Shown here in pieces: positions 23,888 to 32,000 of a DNA stretch of 32,000 nt. Position 1 is the first letter of the stretch. Every line of letters starts with the position of its first letter. The notes below the pieces were generated by a model. The model searched no databases and was not told the origin of the DNA. It saw nothing but the letters and a program-made list of their open reading frames with translations. This stretch comes from Desulfacinum hydrothermale DSM 13146 (GTDB lineage Bacteria; Desulfobacterota; Syntrophobacteria; Syntrophobacterales; DSM-9756): assembly GCF_900176285.1 (NCBI RefSeq), contig NZ_FWXF01000001.1, forward strand, positions 73,582 through 105,581. The letters run 5' to 3'. A program made the position numbers and the translations under genes.

Positions 23888-25387
23888 ATGAAGTGCACCG
23901 ACTTTCCCGAATCCATCCGTCCTTACGTGGTGCCGGAAGTGGCCGGCCGATACATCTATCGCTGTCTGGGCTGCCAGGCGACCTTCGGGGTGGAAGAGCT
24001 GCTCTACACGTGCCCTCAGTGCGGCAGCGTGCTCATGATCCGGGATGAGGACTGGGATCGGCTGAAGGCCATACCCGGTCCCACCTGGCGACGCATTTTC
24101 GATTATCGTGCCATGGTGACGGAACCGGCCCTCAAAGGGATCTACCGCTTTCACGAACTGCTGGGTTCGATCCTGCCCCTGGACGCCGTGATCTACCTGG
24201 GCGAAGGGCACACGCCTGTGGTGCAGGCCAACGCCAAGATGCGCGACTGGGTGGGTCGGCCGTTCTTCTTCAAAAATGACGGGCAAAACCCCAGTGCCTC
24301 CTTCAAGGACCGGGGCATGGCCAGCGCCTTCAGCTACCTCAATCACCTCATCAAGAGCCAGGGCCTGACCCAGGTGTTGGCTGTCTGTGCCTCCACGGGG
24401 GACACGTCCGCCGCGGCGGCCCTCTACGCGTCCTACCTGGTGGACGGAGTGACCTCCGCCGTGCTGCTGCCCCAGGGCAAGGTGACTCCCCAGCAGCTGA
24501 GTCAACCCTTGGGCAGCGGCGCGCGGGTCATCGAGATCCCCGGGGTCTTCGACGATTGCATGAAGATCGTGGAATACCTGGCGGAACACTATCCGGTGGC
24601 TCTCATGAACTCCAAGAACGCCTGGCGCATCCTGGGGCAGGAATCCTACAGCTACGAAATCGCCCAGGCCTTCGACTACGAGGTGGCCGATCTGGTGGTG
24701 ACGGTCCCCATCGGAAACGCGGGCAACATCACGGCGGTCATGGCGGGCTTTCTCAAGCTTCACGACCTGGGGATCATCACCCAACTGCCGTGGATCCTGG
24801 GCGTCCAGTCCCACCACGCCGATCCGGTCTATCGCTACTATCTGGAACCGGATCCCCAAAAGCGGGAATTCCGGCCGGTGACGGTGCAGCCCAGCGTGGC
24901 CCAGGCGGCCATGATCGGCAATCCGGTCAGCATGCCCCGGGTGGTCCAGCTGGTGGAGCAGTTCCGGTCCATCGCGGGAGACCAGGCGGTCCAGGTGGTT
25001 CAGGTGACGGAACAAGAGATCATGGATGCCATGCTGCGGGCCAACCGAAACGGGCACATCGCCTGCACCCAGGGCGGCGAGTGCCTGGCGGGATGGCGGC
25101 GAGCCGTTGCGGATGGAGCCATCCCGGACGGAAAGGTGGGCGTGCTGGACGCCACGGCCCACGCGCTCAAGTTCGCCATCTTCCAGGAAAAGTACTTTGA
25201 GGATCGCTTCGAGCCCGAATTCGGCGTGGTGCCCAAGGAAGAACTGCGGAATCGCCCGGTGCTGGTGCGCCCTCCCCAGGGGGTGCCCTGTCCGGTGCCG
25301 GGAGCGGGCATGGACGCCGAGTCCTTCCGCGCCTTCGTGACGGCCACGGGCGACGCCGTGGCGTCCATGCTTGGCTTGCGAAAATAG
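23888..25387 (+). CDS. thrC: Threonine synthase (long form with N-terminal zinc ribbon)
   Basis: Contains the PLP-lysine motif NPSASFKDRG, an N-terminal CLGC...CPQCG zinc ribbon, and CASTGDTSAA. Confidence 0.85.
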   Translation: MKCTDFPESIRPYVVPEVAGRYIYRCLGCQATFGVEELLYTCPQCGSVLMIRDEDWDRLKAIPGPTWRRIFDYRAMVTEPALKGIYRFHELLGSILPLDAVIYLGEGHTPVVQANAKMRDWVGRPFFFKNDGQNPSASFKDRGMASAFSYLNHLIKSQGLTQVLAVCASTGDTSAAAALYASYLVDGVTSAVLLPQGKVTPQQLSQPLGSGARVIEIPGVFDDCMKIVEYLAEHYPVALMNSKNAWRILGQESYSYEIAQAFDYEVADLVVTVPIGNAGNITAVMAGFLKLHDLGIITQLPWILGVQSHHADPVYRYYLEPDPQKREFRPVTVQPSVAQAAMIGNPVSMPRVVQLVEQFRSIAGDQAVQVVQVTEQEIMDAMLRANRNGHIACTQGGECLAGWRRAVADGAIPDGKVGVLDATAHALKFAIFQEKYFEDRFEPEFGVVPKEELRNRPVLVRPPQGVPCPVPGAGMDAESFRAFVTATGDAVASMLGLRK

Positions 25388-25473
25388 CGCCAAGCCCCGC
25401 CCCTCCTCGGGCAGGGGGCGGGCTGCCCTGGCACCGGCGGATCTTTCCGCCCCTGGGCGGCCTGCCGGCGGGA

Positions 25474-26364
25474 TCAGCGCAGGACCATCACAGAGGTCCT
25501 GCAGGTGCTCACGAAATGGCCGATGGAATCGGTCTTCTTCTTGAATAGGCGGGACAGGGGGGACTTCTTTCCCAGCCAGAGGGCCAGGAGCCCTTCGGTG
25601 ACCTGGGAGGAGATGAACTGCTGAAAATCGTCCGTTTCGCTGAAGCGGATGTTGGCCGGCACGCCTTTCCCCTTGTAGTAGTCGTAAACGGCATTGAGCC
25701 AGGGAAAGACCTCACGCTTGATGCCCCCTGCCTTGGTGAGACCCACCACCTCCAGCTCGGCCCCCGTGATGGAAGCCATCTGATTCATCATTTCCAAGGC
25801 GTCCTGGGTGATGTCGCTTTCGTCCAGGCACAGGAAGAGCTTGCGGATGGGCACCGCCTCTTTCACGAGGAGGACCGAGACCTCGGCTCCATCCACCACC
25901 TTCTGGGGCACCTGGGGATCGTCCTGCCACAAGCACTGCTCCCCGGGGGTGCATCCCATGACGATGAGGCTGCAGGCGTCCTCTTCGGCCGCGGCCAGAA
26001 TCTCCGATGCTGTCGGGCCGAAACGGACCCGGATCTTCAACTCCTTCATGGCTCCTCGCGCCACCTGCAGGTGTTCCCAAAGGCCTTGGCGAAGGCGGAT
26101 CCACTCGTGCTGCTGGCGGGTGGGAGCGTAGGGTGAGTTGCCCTCCGGCCAGTGGGTGAGAAACGCGTCCCGATACCGCGCGAGAGCTTCCAAAGTAGGA
26201 TGGGTGTGGGCCGGCACGGTTCCCGGAGCGGCCGCCTGTTCCATGGATTTGTCCAGAACGCCGAGGAAAGTGAGGTCCGCCCAGGTGTTTTCGGCCAACT
26301 TGGCGAGGACCTGCAAGGCGTGGGCGCTGTACGGGTGTTGGTCCGCAGCGAAGAGAATCCTCAT
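25474..26364 (-). CDS. Tandem universal stress protein (UspA) domain protein
   Basis: 296 aa with two USP-like halves (MRILFAAD..., KLFLCLDES...). A perfect AAGGAGGTGA RBS precedes the ATG. Confidence 0.75.
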   Translation of the reverse strand: MRILFAADQHPYSAHALQVLAKLAENTWADLTFLGVLDKSMEQAAAPGTVPAHTHPTLEALARYRDAFLTHWPEGNSPYAPTRQQHEWIRLRQGLWEHLQVARGAMKELKIRVRFGPTASEILAAAEEDACSLIVMGCTPGEQCLWQDDPQVPQKVVDGAEVSVLLVKEAVPIRKLFLCLDESDITQDALEMMNQMASITGAELEVVGLTKAGGIKREVFPWLNAVYDYYKGKGVPANIRFSETDDFQQFISSQVTEGLLALWLGKKSPLSRLFKKKTDSIGHFVSTCRTSVMVLR

Positions 26365-26639
26365 GATGTCACCTCCTTTTGCAGGAAACGTTGGGTGGAA
26401 GCCTCCATGGGGAAGCCCACGTCCATCGGCCTGGGGCGGCCGATTCCCGTTTCGGGGCTTCGGGCATCGAGCCCGAGCGCATCTGTGATTGTCATGTCAA
26501 AACCTGTCGCCAACGCATGTTCCCAGGGGGCGCTTGCACGGTTTGCTTTCGCAGAGCCGGGATCACGCCCCTACGGCGGCCCGGCCAAGCCGACCGCACG
26601 GCCCCACAGGGAGTAATCTGGGCGTTCTCAGAAAAGCTC

Positions 26640-27029
26640 CTAGGAACCAGCCCGCCTTTTCGCCTCCGCCCGGCGCACCACGTCCACGATCTCGTGGATC
26701 TTGAACGGCTTGGCCACGAAGTCGAACACGCCCTTTTGCAGGGATTCCTTGGCGGTCTCCATGGTGGCGAAGCCCGTGATGACGATGACCTCCGTGGACG
26801 GGGATTGGTTCTTGACCTCCGTGAGAAATTGCATCCCGTCGATCTTTTCCATCTTGAGGTCGGTGATCACCACGTCGAAATCTTGCTCCCGGGTCCGCTC
26901 CAGGGCACGGGTGCTGTCCGTGAAGGTTTCCACCTCATAGCCGGCCTTTTCGAACGCAGGTTTCAGTCGCTTGCAGACGATGGGCTCATCGTCCAGAATC
27001 AGGATCCGAGTCTTGTCTTCCTTATCCAT
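26640..27029 (-). CDS. Stand-alone CheY-like response-regulator receiver
   Basis: 129 aa. Contains ILILDDEP, VVITDLKMEKIDG and KPF, a complete receiver signature with no output domain. Confidence 0.9.
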   Translation of the reverse strand: MDKEDKTRILILDDEPIVCKRLKPAFEKAGYEVETFTDSTRALERTREQDFDVVITDLKMEKIDGMQFLTEVKNQSPSTEVIVITGFATMETAKESLQKGVFDFVAKPFKIHEIVDVVRRAEAKRRAGS

Positions 27030-29637
27030 GGGAGCCTCCTTTGGGCCTGGAGTCTTCCGGCCCTTCCGACGGTGATTCCAATAGACGCGTGAACCGGTCC
27101 AGGTGCCGTATCACTTCCTGGTCACTGACGAGTTGAACATCCAGCTGGCGGGTATAGGCCACAAGAGCTCCCACCAGCCGCAGCTTTTCCTCCATGGTGG
27201 CACGGGCCCGCTTCTTCATGCGGCCCACCACCAGATCCCCGTGGATCTCCACACGGAATCCCCAGCGGGCCAGCATCTCCGCGATGAATCGGGCGCGCCG
27301 GGCCCTGCGGGTCGAGTCGGTGACGCCGCCCAGAAAACGAAAGTAGATGTAGTTGTCATCGATCCGATCGGTTACATAGGCATCGATGATATTAAAATGA
27401 TACCCGATTCTCAAGTTGACGTTCATGTAGTTGGAAGAAACGACCGCCAAATTGAGCCCCACCTCTTGCAAGGAAGCCCGGTGGGTGTCGAAGGTCCGAC
27501 TCATGCTGGACATGAATGCGCCGAAATCCATGCCCACGGGCGTGCGTTCCCAGAGGTTGGAACCCACCAGTCCGGAAAGAAAAGCCCGCATGGGCACGGA
27601 GACGATATCCTGGAGTTGAAGGGTGCGCTCATGGGGATCGGCCTGCGTGCCTCCCTCCGCATCGATCACCCGGAGGTCCAGGGGGATGGAGGCCTGGAGC
27701 CGCTTGGGTTTGGATCCCGCCAGATGGGGCCCGGCCAGGTTGATGTTGGCCAGTTCCGCCACGGCCCGTTCATGGACGAAGCGCGTGATATCATGGAGGG
27801 TGCGACAACCCTGCGGACTGAACTGCGGACTCTGGGGATCCACCAGATTGAGCGGGGTGATGTGGCGGAGCAGACGTTGCAAAAGTCGGTATTCGTAGGA
27901 TTCTTCAAAGACCTCCCCCTGGGCCAGCTCGTAATAGCAAAGATCCTGGATACGGCCCCGATAGATCACGTTTTCATTGGCGTCCAAGGTGATTTCGTCT
28001 CCGGTGCGAAGATCCCGGGTGGCCGTTCGGGTATTGACCACGGTGGGGACCCGGAATTCCCTGGCCACGGTGGCCATGTGGCCCATGGGGGATCCCACGT
28101 CGGTGATGATCCCCTGCACTTGTCGGATCACCTGAGCCAGCCGCGGGGAACTTTCTCGGGCCACCAAAATGGCGCCGGGGGGAACCCGCTGCAGGTCCTC
28201 ATCGCCTTCCACGACGAACACGCGGCCCGCGGCGATGCCCCGCTGAACCACGTCGCCCCGCCCTGACCACACAACCGGCGTGTCGGCGGCGAGATCGGCC
28301 AGACGGCACGTGTCGGTATCCGTGAAGGGCTTGACGCGCAGCGGCCGGGCCTGAAGGATGACGAGCCGTCCGGAGGTGTCGAAGGCCCATTCCACGTCCT
28401 GAGGCCGTTTGAAATACCGCTCCAGAAGCAGCCCCGTGGAGGCCAACAGGCTGAGCTGAGATGAGTTCAGGCATGCCTTGGTCTGTTCCGGCTCCGGAAC
28501 CTCCACCCACTGCATGCCCCCACCCGGCTTCATGACCAGGGCCTCCTGCTTGTGCACCACGTGCATCTGCAGAAGGGGATGGGGGGGATCCCGGCTCACC
28601 TGGAAGCGATCCACCCGTCGGCTGCCTTCCACCACGGGAGGTCCGAAGCCCCAGGTGGCGGCCACGGTGATCATTTCCGAACGGGGCTCCACCGGGTCCA
28701 GAGTGTAGAGAACGCCACTCACCACGGCATCCACCATGACCTGACAGCCCACGGCCATGGCCCTTTCATGGCTCCGGAAGCCCTTGTCCCGTCGGTACCT
28801 CCAGGCCTCCGGGGAAAAGGTGCTCGCCAGCACCTTACGATAGGCCTGGACGAGCTTCCCTTCGCCGACATTGAGAAAAGACCGGTGCAGGCCCGCAAAA
28901 CTGTGTTCCGTGTCTTCTCCAGGGGCGCTGCTGCGCACGGCGAAAAAGATCTCTTCTCCTCCTCCCGTTCGACGCGCCACGGTTTCGATGCGGTGCTGGA
29001 TCTCGCTGGCAATCGCGTCGGGGATGTGCAGGTTCAGGATCTTCTCCTGCACGTCCCTCAATGCCTGTTCCAGGTCTTTTCCCTCGCGGGGGCCCGTTTC
29101 GTCCAACCGGGCGATCAGATCGTTGATTCCGGCGGCGTCCAGAAGTTCATGGTAGGCTCGGATGGTGATGGCGAAGCCGTCCGGGGTGGGCAGCTCCAGT
29201 ACGTTCCGCACCTCCGTCAGGTTGGCGTTCTTGCCTCCGACCTCCTCCCTCCAGTCCCGATTGCAGTGCTCGTAAAGGATCGTGTACGGGATCTCCTGCA
29301 AGGCCGGCCGCCCGGCCAGGATCTCCTTGATGGTCGCCTTGTTGCGCTCCAGACAGTCGTAGAGATCCATGTACTTCTGATGGCCGAGCGTGTTCAAGTC
29401 GTGAATCATGTGAAAGCACAAATCGATCAGCTTTTCACATGACGAGCGGATGTACTGGCTGTCGAAGACATACTCGCCGCTCAGCTTGTCGCCCATTTCG
29501 GCCATCAGTTCCAGGATCTCGTTGTTCCGGGCCAGGATCGATCGGAAGTACTCCAGTACCTGCGGCAAGGGAAGGGGAGATCTGCGCCGCGTCCAGCGGT
29601 TGAGCACTTGGCGAATCCTGGCCCCCAAAGCTTTCAT
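27022..29637 (-). CDS. PEP-utilizer family enzyme: PPDK_N ATP-grasp (PEP/pyruvate-binding) plus swivel phosphohistidine domain plus an uncharacterised C-terminal domain
   Basis: Start at MKALGARIRQ (ATG 29637, AAGGAAG RBS, 13 nt after the upstream stop). Contains GGKNANLTEV and the phospho-His motif GSPMGHMATVAREFRVPTVV (His codon 28078-28080). I recognise no PEP-binding TIM-barrel motifs in the last ~300 aa. Confidence 0.85.
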   Translation of the reverse strand: MKALGARIRQVLNRWTRRRSPLPLPQVLEYFRSILARNNEILELMAEMGDKLSGEYVFDSQYIRSSCEKLIDLCFHMIHDLNTLGHQKYMDLYDCLERNKATIKEILAGRPALQEIPYTILYEHCNRDWREEVGGKNANLTEVRNVLELPTPDGFAITIRAYHELLDAAGINDLIARLDETGPREGKDLEQALRDVQEKILNLHIPDAIASEIQHRIETVARRTGGGEEIFFAVRSSAPGEDTEHSFAGLHRSFLNVGEGKLVQAYRKVLASTFSPEAWRYRRDKGFRSHERAMAVGCQVMVDAVVSGVLYTLDPVEPRSEMITVAATWGFGPPVVEGSRRVDRFQVSRDPPHPLLQMHVVHKQEALVMKPGGGMQWVEVPEPEQTKACLNSSQLSLLASTGLLLERYFKRPQDVEWAFDTSGRLVILQARPLRVKPFTDTDTCRLADLAADTPVVWSGRGDVVQRGIAAGRVFVVEGDEDLQRVPPGAILVARESSPRLAQVIRQVQGIITDVGSPMGHMATVAREFRVPTVVNTRTATRDLRTGDEITLDANENVIYRGRIQDLCYYELAQGEVFEESYEYRLLQRLLRHITPLNLVDPQSPQFSPQGCRTLHDITRFVHERAVAELANINLAGPHLAGSKPKRLQASIPLDLRVIDAEGGTQADPHERTLQLQDIVSVPMRAFLSGLVGSNLWERTPVGMDFGAFMSSMSRTFDTHRASLQEVGLNLAVVSSNYMNVNLRIGYHFNIIDAYVTDRIDDNYIYFRFLGGVTDSTRRARRARFIAEMLARWGFRVEIHGDLVVGRMKKRARATMEEKLRLVGALVAYTRQLDVQLVSDQEVIRHLDRFTRLLESPSEGPEDSRPKGGSHG

Positions 29638-29650
29638 GCAAGGCTTCCTT

Positions 29651-30436
29651 TCAGTGGGCTCCTTTTCCGGCGCCGAAGATGAACCCCATGAGGAGACCAC
29701 CGACGATGGCCACCAGCGTGGCCAAGATCCCGTGCCAGAGGGCGTGCTGGAAGGCCATCTTCTTGATGAAGGCCGGGGTGCCCACCAAGCGGGCCCGGAT
29801 GGGTACCGAGGCGGAATCCACGATCCGGCCCTGCGAAACGGCATAGACTTCCAGATGATAGTCGCCCTCACTCAAGCGGGCCGGAATCTGCAGCGAGGCG
29901 CGGAAGGTCCGTGCCCCCTGCTCTTCGGGGCCGTAGGCGATGGACCCCACATTCTGCCGGTAGAGTCCCTCCTTCCTTTTTAGCTTGAGGAGCTCCTGGA
30001 AGAAAAGGTGCTTGTCTTCTCCTTCCGGCTCCATGGACACGCGAGACTCCAGCCCCTCCAGGCCCAGGGTCCAGATGCCGTGAGGATCATTGGCGTCCGC
30101 CTGGCCCAGGGCGTCCCAGGGTTTGGGTAGATAGAGCAGAAAGACGTTGGGAAAGTCGTGGAATTCCAAGGACCCACGGTTCATCCAGAGGCATCCGAGT
30201 ACCTTGCCCTTCTTTTTCAGATGCAGGTCGTCGGGAACGCCCACAAAGCGCACCACCACGTCTTGGTCCACGGCCACCCGCCCTTCCACGTTCAGGGTGG
30301 TGCCGTTGTAGAAGGTTCCGATCTCAAAGGCCTGGGGCTGGATGGAGACCTCCATGGCCTGGGCCGCGCCTAGGCCCCAAAGCGCCCAACAGGCTATCAT
30401 CGCCAGGATCCATTGCATGATCTTGATTCGCCGCAT
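29651..30436 (-). CDS. Signal-peptide protein with C-terminal TM anchor (possibly TIGR02186/Alph_Pro_TM family)
   Basis: N-terminal signal sequence (..WGLGAAQA/MEV) and a C-terminal hydrophobic helix (ILATLVAIVGGLLMGFIF). TGATG overlap with the upstream TSUP gene. The family assignment is from memory of typical TSUP neighbours. Confidence 0.55.
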   Translation of the reverse strand: MRRIKIMQWILAMIACWALWGLGAAQAMEVSIQPQAFEIGTFYNGTTLNVEGRVAVDQDVVVRFVGVPDDLHLKKKGKVLGCLWMNRGSLEFHDFPNVFLLYLPKPWDALGQADANDPHGIWTLGLEGLESRVSMEPEGEDKHLFFQELLKLKRKEGLYRQNVGSIAYGPEEQGARTFRASLQIPARLSEGDYHLEVYAVSQGRIVDSASVPIRARLVGTPAFIKKMAFQHALWHGILATLVAIVGGLLMGFIFGAGKGAH

Positions 30437-31380
30437 CAGTGTCCTCCTGCTTGTGCCACAAGAACGTCGGGGGTGAGCAAAAGGCCGAGCAACATCTTGA
30501 CCATCACCGCCAAGACCAGCACGGCCAGGATGATCTTCAGCTGATCGCCTTTGAGGCGCTTGCTGATCCGAGCGCCCACTTGGGCCCCCACGGTGGATCC
30601 CAAAAGGAGCAGGAATGCCAGCACGAAATCCACGGTGTGATTGCTATAGGATTGCATGATGGTCACATCGATGCACGTGAAGAGGATCTGGAAAAGGCTG
30701 GTTCCCACCACCACGTGCATGGGCATGCGAAGCAGATAAACCATGACGGGCACCATGATGAAGCCGCCTCCCACCCCCATGATCGCCGCCAAAATGCCCA
30801 CCAGGATGCCCAGCAGCAAGGGCATGAGCAACGACATGCGCACGCCCGAGCGCGGAAATTCCGTCTGGAAGGGAAGGGATGCCACGAAACGAGCGTAGGC
30901 GGAAGGCCGGGCCGGGTGGGCCGGGGCCGGCGCCGCTTGGGCCGCGCTGCTGCTGCGCAGGGACCGATAGCTTTCCTGGAACATGTAGACGCCGATGATG
31001 CCCAGCATGAGGACATAGGTGATGCTGATCAAGAAGTCCGCATTGCCCAACTGGCGTAAAATCTTGATGATCTGCACGCCCACCGTGCCGCCGGCAACCC
31101 CCCCCAAGAGCAGCAACAGGCCCATCTTGAAGTCCACGTTGCCCATGCGGAAGTGGGCGATGGTTCCCGACGTGGAGGCGCCCACGATCTGGTTGGAGTC
31201 GGAAGCCGCCGCCACCGTGGGGGGAATGCCGATCATGATGAGCAGGGGGGTCATGAGAAAACCCCCGCCCACGCCGAAGATGCCCGACAACAGCCCCACA
31301 AAGCCTCCCAACCCCAGGATGAGAAGCAGGTTCACGCTGTTTCCCGCAATGGGAAGGTAGAGATGAAAGGGTAGATGCAT
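30436..31380 (-). CDS. TSUP / TauE-SafE family anion permease
   Basis: 314 aa with two internal repeats, each carrying a GVGGGF(L/I)M motif, separated by a hydrophilic loop. Confidence 0.9.
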   Translation of the reverse strand: MHLPFHLYLPIAGNSVNLLLILGLGGFVGLLSGIFGVGGGFLMTPLLIMIGIPPTVAAASDSNQIVGASTSGTIAHFRMGNVDFKMGLLLLLGGVAGGTVGVQIIKILRQLGNADFLISITYVLMLGIIGVYMFQESYRSLRSSSAAQAAPAPAHPARPSAYARFVASLPFQTEFPRSGVRMSLLMPLLLGILVGILAAIMGVGGGFIMVPVMVYLLRMPMHVVVGTSLFQILFTCIDVTIMQSYSNHTVDFVLAFLLLLGSTVGAQVGARISKRLKGDQLKIILAVLVLAVMVKMLLGLLLTPDVLVAQAGGH

Positions 31381-31384
31381 GAGA

Positions 31385-31834
31385 TCAGTCCTCCTCCGTT
31401 GGTCCCATCGTCCGTTTGGGGTGAACGATTTCCACGGCGCATCCCAAGCGCGCCCGGATCTTATGGATCCGCATCAACGCCTCATGGTGGTCGCGTCGGT
31501 GCTTGTCCGGGATCCCCACGATCCACAGGGTCACCCGGTATTCGCGACAGAACCTCACAAGTGCCTCTTCATAGCTTCCCTCCGAGATGTGAATGTCCAC
31601 CGATACGCCGTCCGCCCGGGCTCCTTCGATGAGCATCTGCATCCGCTCTGCCACCTCGTCGCCGACCGAAAAAAGGCGGCTCGATGCGCCCGCCGCCCGG
31701 CTTCCCGGTCGCTCCAGGCTGAGTACGTAAAGGCGCGCCCCGATGCGACGCGCCAGGGAGATCCCCCGGGCCAAGGCACCCAATGCCTCCATGCCTTCAT
31801 CGCTGACCGTCACCACGATTCTTTCCATCGTCAT
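31385..31834 (-). CDS. Universal-stress-protein-like (adenine nucleotide alpha-hydrolase fold) protein
   Basis: About 147-149 aa from MTMERIVVTV. The ATG at 31828 has better GGGAG spacing than the one at 31834. The upstream part of the track ORF is probably not coding. Confidence 0.65.
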   Translation of the reverse strand: MTMERIVVTVSDEGMEALGALARGISLARRIGARLYVLSLERPGSRAAGASSRLFSVGDEVAERMQMLIEGARADGVSVDIHISEGSYEEALVRFCREYRVTLWIVGIPDKHRRDHHEALMRIHKIRARLGCAVEIVHPKRTMGPTEED

Positions 31835-31851
31835 CTCCCGCCGGAGAGGAA

Positions 31852-31868
31852 GGCAAGAAGGGTGCCCA
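31852..31868 (-). promoter_or_regulatory. Candidate sigma-54 (-24/-12) promoter for the USP-TSUP-...-CheY operon
   Basis: Minus strand reads TGGGCACCCTTCTTGCC, i.e. GGCAC-N6-TTGC with GG/GC at consensus spacing. It lies about 20 nt upstream of the first ATG. Confidence 0.5.
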
Positions 31869-31938
31869 GCACGTAACATATCGGAAGAAAAGGAAATTAT
31901 CTGATGAATCGGTGGATTTCCGAGGCGGATACCCCCGC

Positions 31939-31957
31939 TTGTTCCAATGTGGAACAA
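31939..31957. promoter_or_regulatory. Perfect palindrome TTGTTCCA-ATG-TGGAACAA (candidate activator/operator site)
   Basis: 8-bp arms and a 3-bp spacer, about 70-90 nt upstream of the -24 element, with an AT-rich patch (31885-31912) in between. A related half-palindrome, TTCCAATTTGAAA, lies at 31984-31996. Confidence 0.4.
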
Positions 31958-32000
31958 AAAAGGGGAGGAAAGGAAGATGTTTTGTTTCAAATTGGAATGG

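Noticed and set aside
22930-23916. Upstream two-thirds of the 582-aa minus-strand ORF
   Set aside because: Only 22168-22929 matches the amidinotransferase/DDAH family. The rest is antisense to the DUF554 gene and has biased composition.
23882-25393. 503-aa minus-strand ORF
   Set aside because: It is antisense to threonine synthase, which carries the PLP-lysine motif on the plus strand.
26365-26639. 275-nt intergenic region with an ATCGGCC/GGCCGAT hairpin and a TTGGCGACAGGTTTTGACA string
   Set aside because: The sigma-54-like string has wrong -12 spacing, and I found no recognisable RNA family or repeat. It is left as unannotated leader or promoter space.
29638-29871. N-terminal extensions of track ORFs (here 78 aa on the PEP-utilizer gene; likewise 20917-21066, 21540-21725, 3692-3826, 6243-6665, 3295-3501)
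   Set aside because: The extensions overlap upstream genes or RNA elements in another frame, have biased composition, and better RBS-supported internal starts exist.
1-32000. Search by eye for CRISPR arrays, tRNA/rRNA, IS elements, integrases and prophage genes
   Set aside because: I saw no spaced direct-repeat arrays, no T-loop/acceptor-like tRNA patterns, no transposase/integrase-like ORFs and no terminal inverted repeats.

Overview
This is a GC-rich bacterial chromosomal segment with dense operons, mostly on the minus strand. The gene content suggests an anaerobic, Desulfobacterota-like organism (inference only).

Left third (1-9350): anaerobic cobalamin (cbi) genes.
- cbiL plus a FecCD/FecE-type ABC importer, minus strand.
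- cbiC, minus strand.
- cbiD-cbiET-cbiF-cbiG-cbiH, plus strand.
- One textbook cobalamin riboswitch upstream of cbiC, with a 12-bp stem/U10 terminator.
- Four more divergent B12-element-like RNAs. One of them points antisense into cbiC.

Middle (9432-21981, all minus strand):
- An HDOD protein, a RibD_C/DHFR-like reductase and a secreted MsrA-MsrB fusion.
- The mercury-methylation pair hgcA-hgcB. HgcA carries the NVWCAAGK motif. HgcB is a 2x[4Fe-4S] ferredoxin with a CC tail.
- An MFS transporter upstream of hgcA, itself behind a B12-element-like aptamer and a clean intrinsic terminator.
- Directly upstream, a sigma-54-activator-centred cluster: NifX/MTH1175-like proteins, an Mrp/ApbC-NifX fusion, two MinD-type ATPases with ferredoxin inserts and a rubredoxin-like zinc ribbon.

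Right third (22168-32000):
- A DDAH-like amidinotransferase, a DUF554 membrane protein, threonine synthase and a tandem USP.
- A five-gene minus-strand unit (USP, TSUP/TauE permease, signal-anchored protein, PEP-utilizer/PPDK_N enzyme, CheY-like receiver) behind a good -24/-12 promoter candidate and a 19-bp palindrome.

I saw no rRNA, tRNA, CRISPR array, transposase or integrase. Many long ORFs in the track are antisense shadows of real genes, as expected at this GC content. All RNA-element and promoter calls come from reading the sequence by eye and need covariance-model or experimental confirmation.
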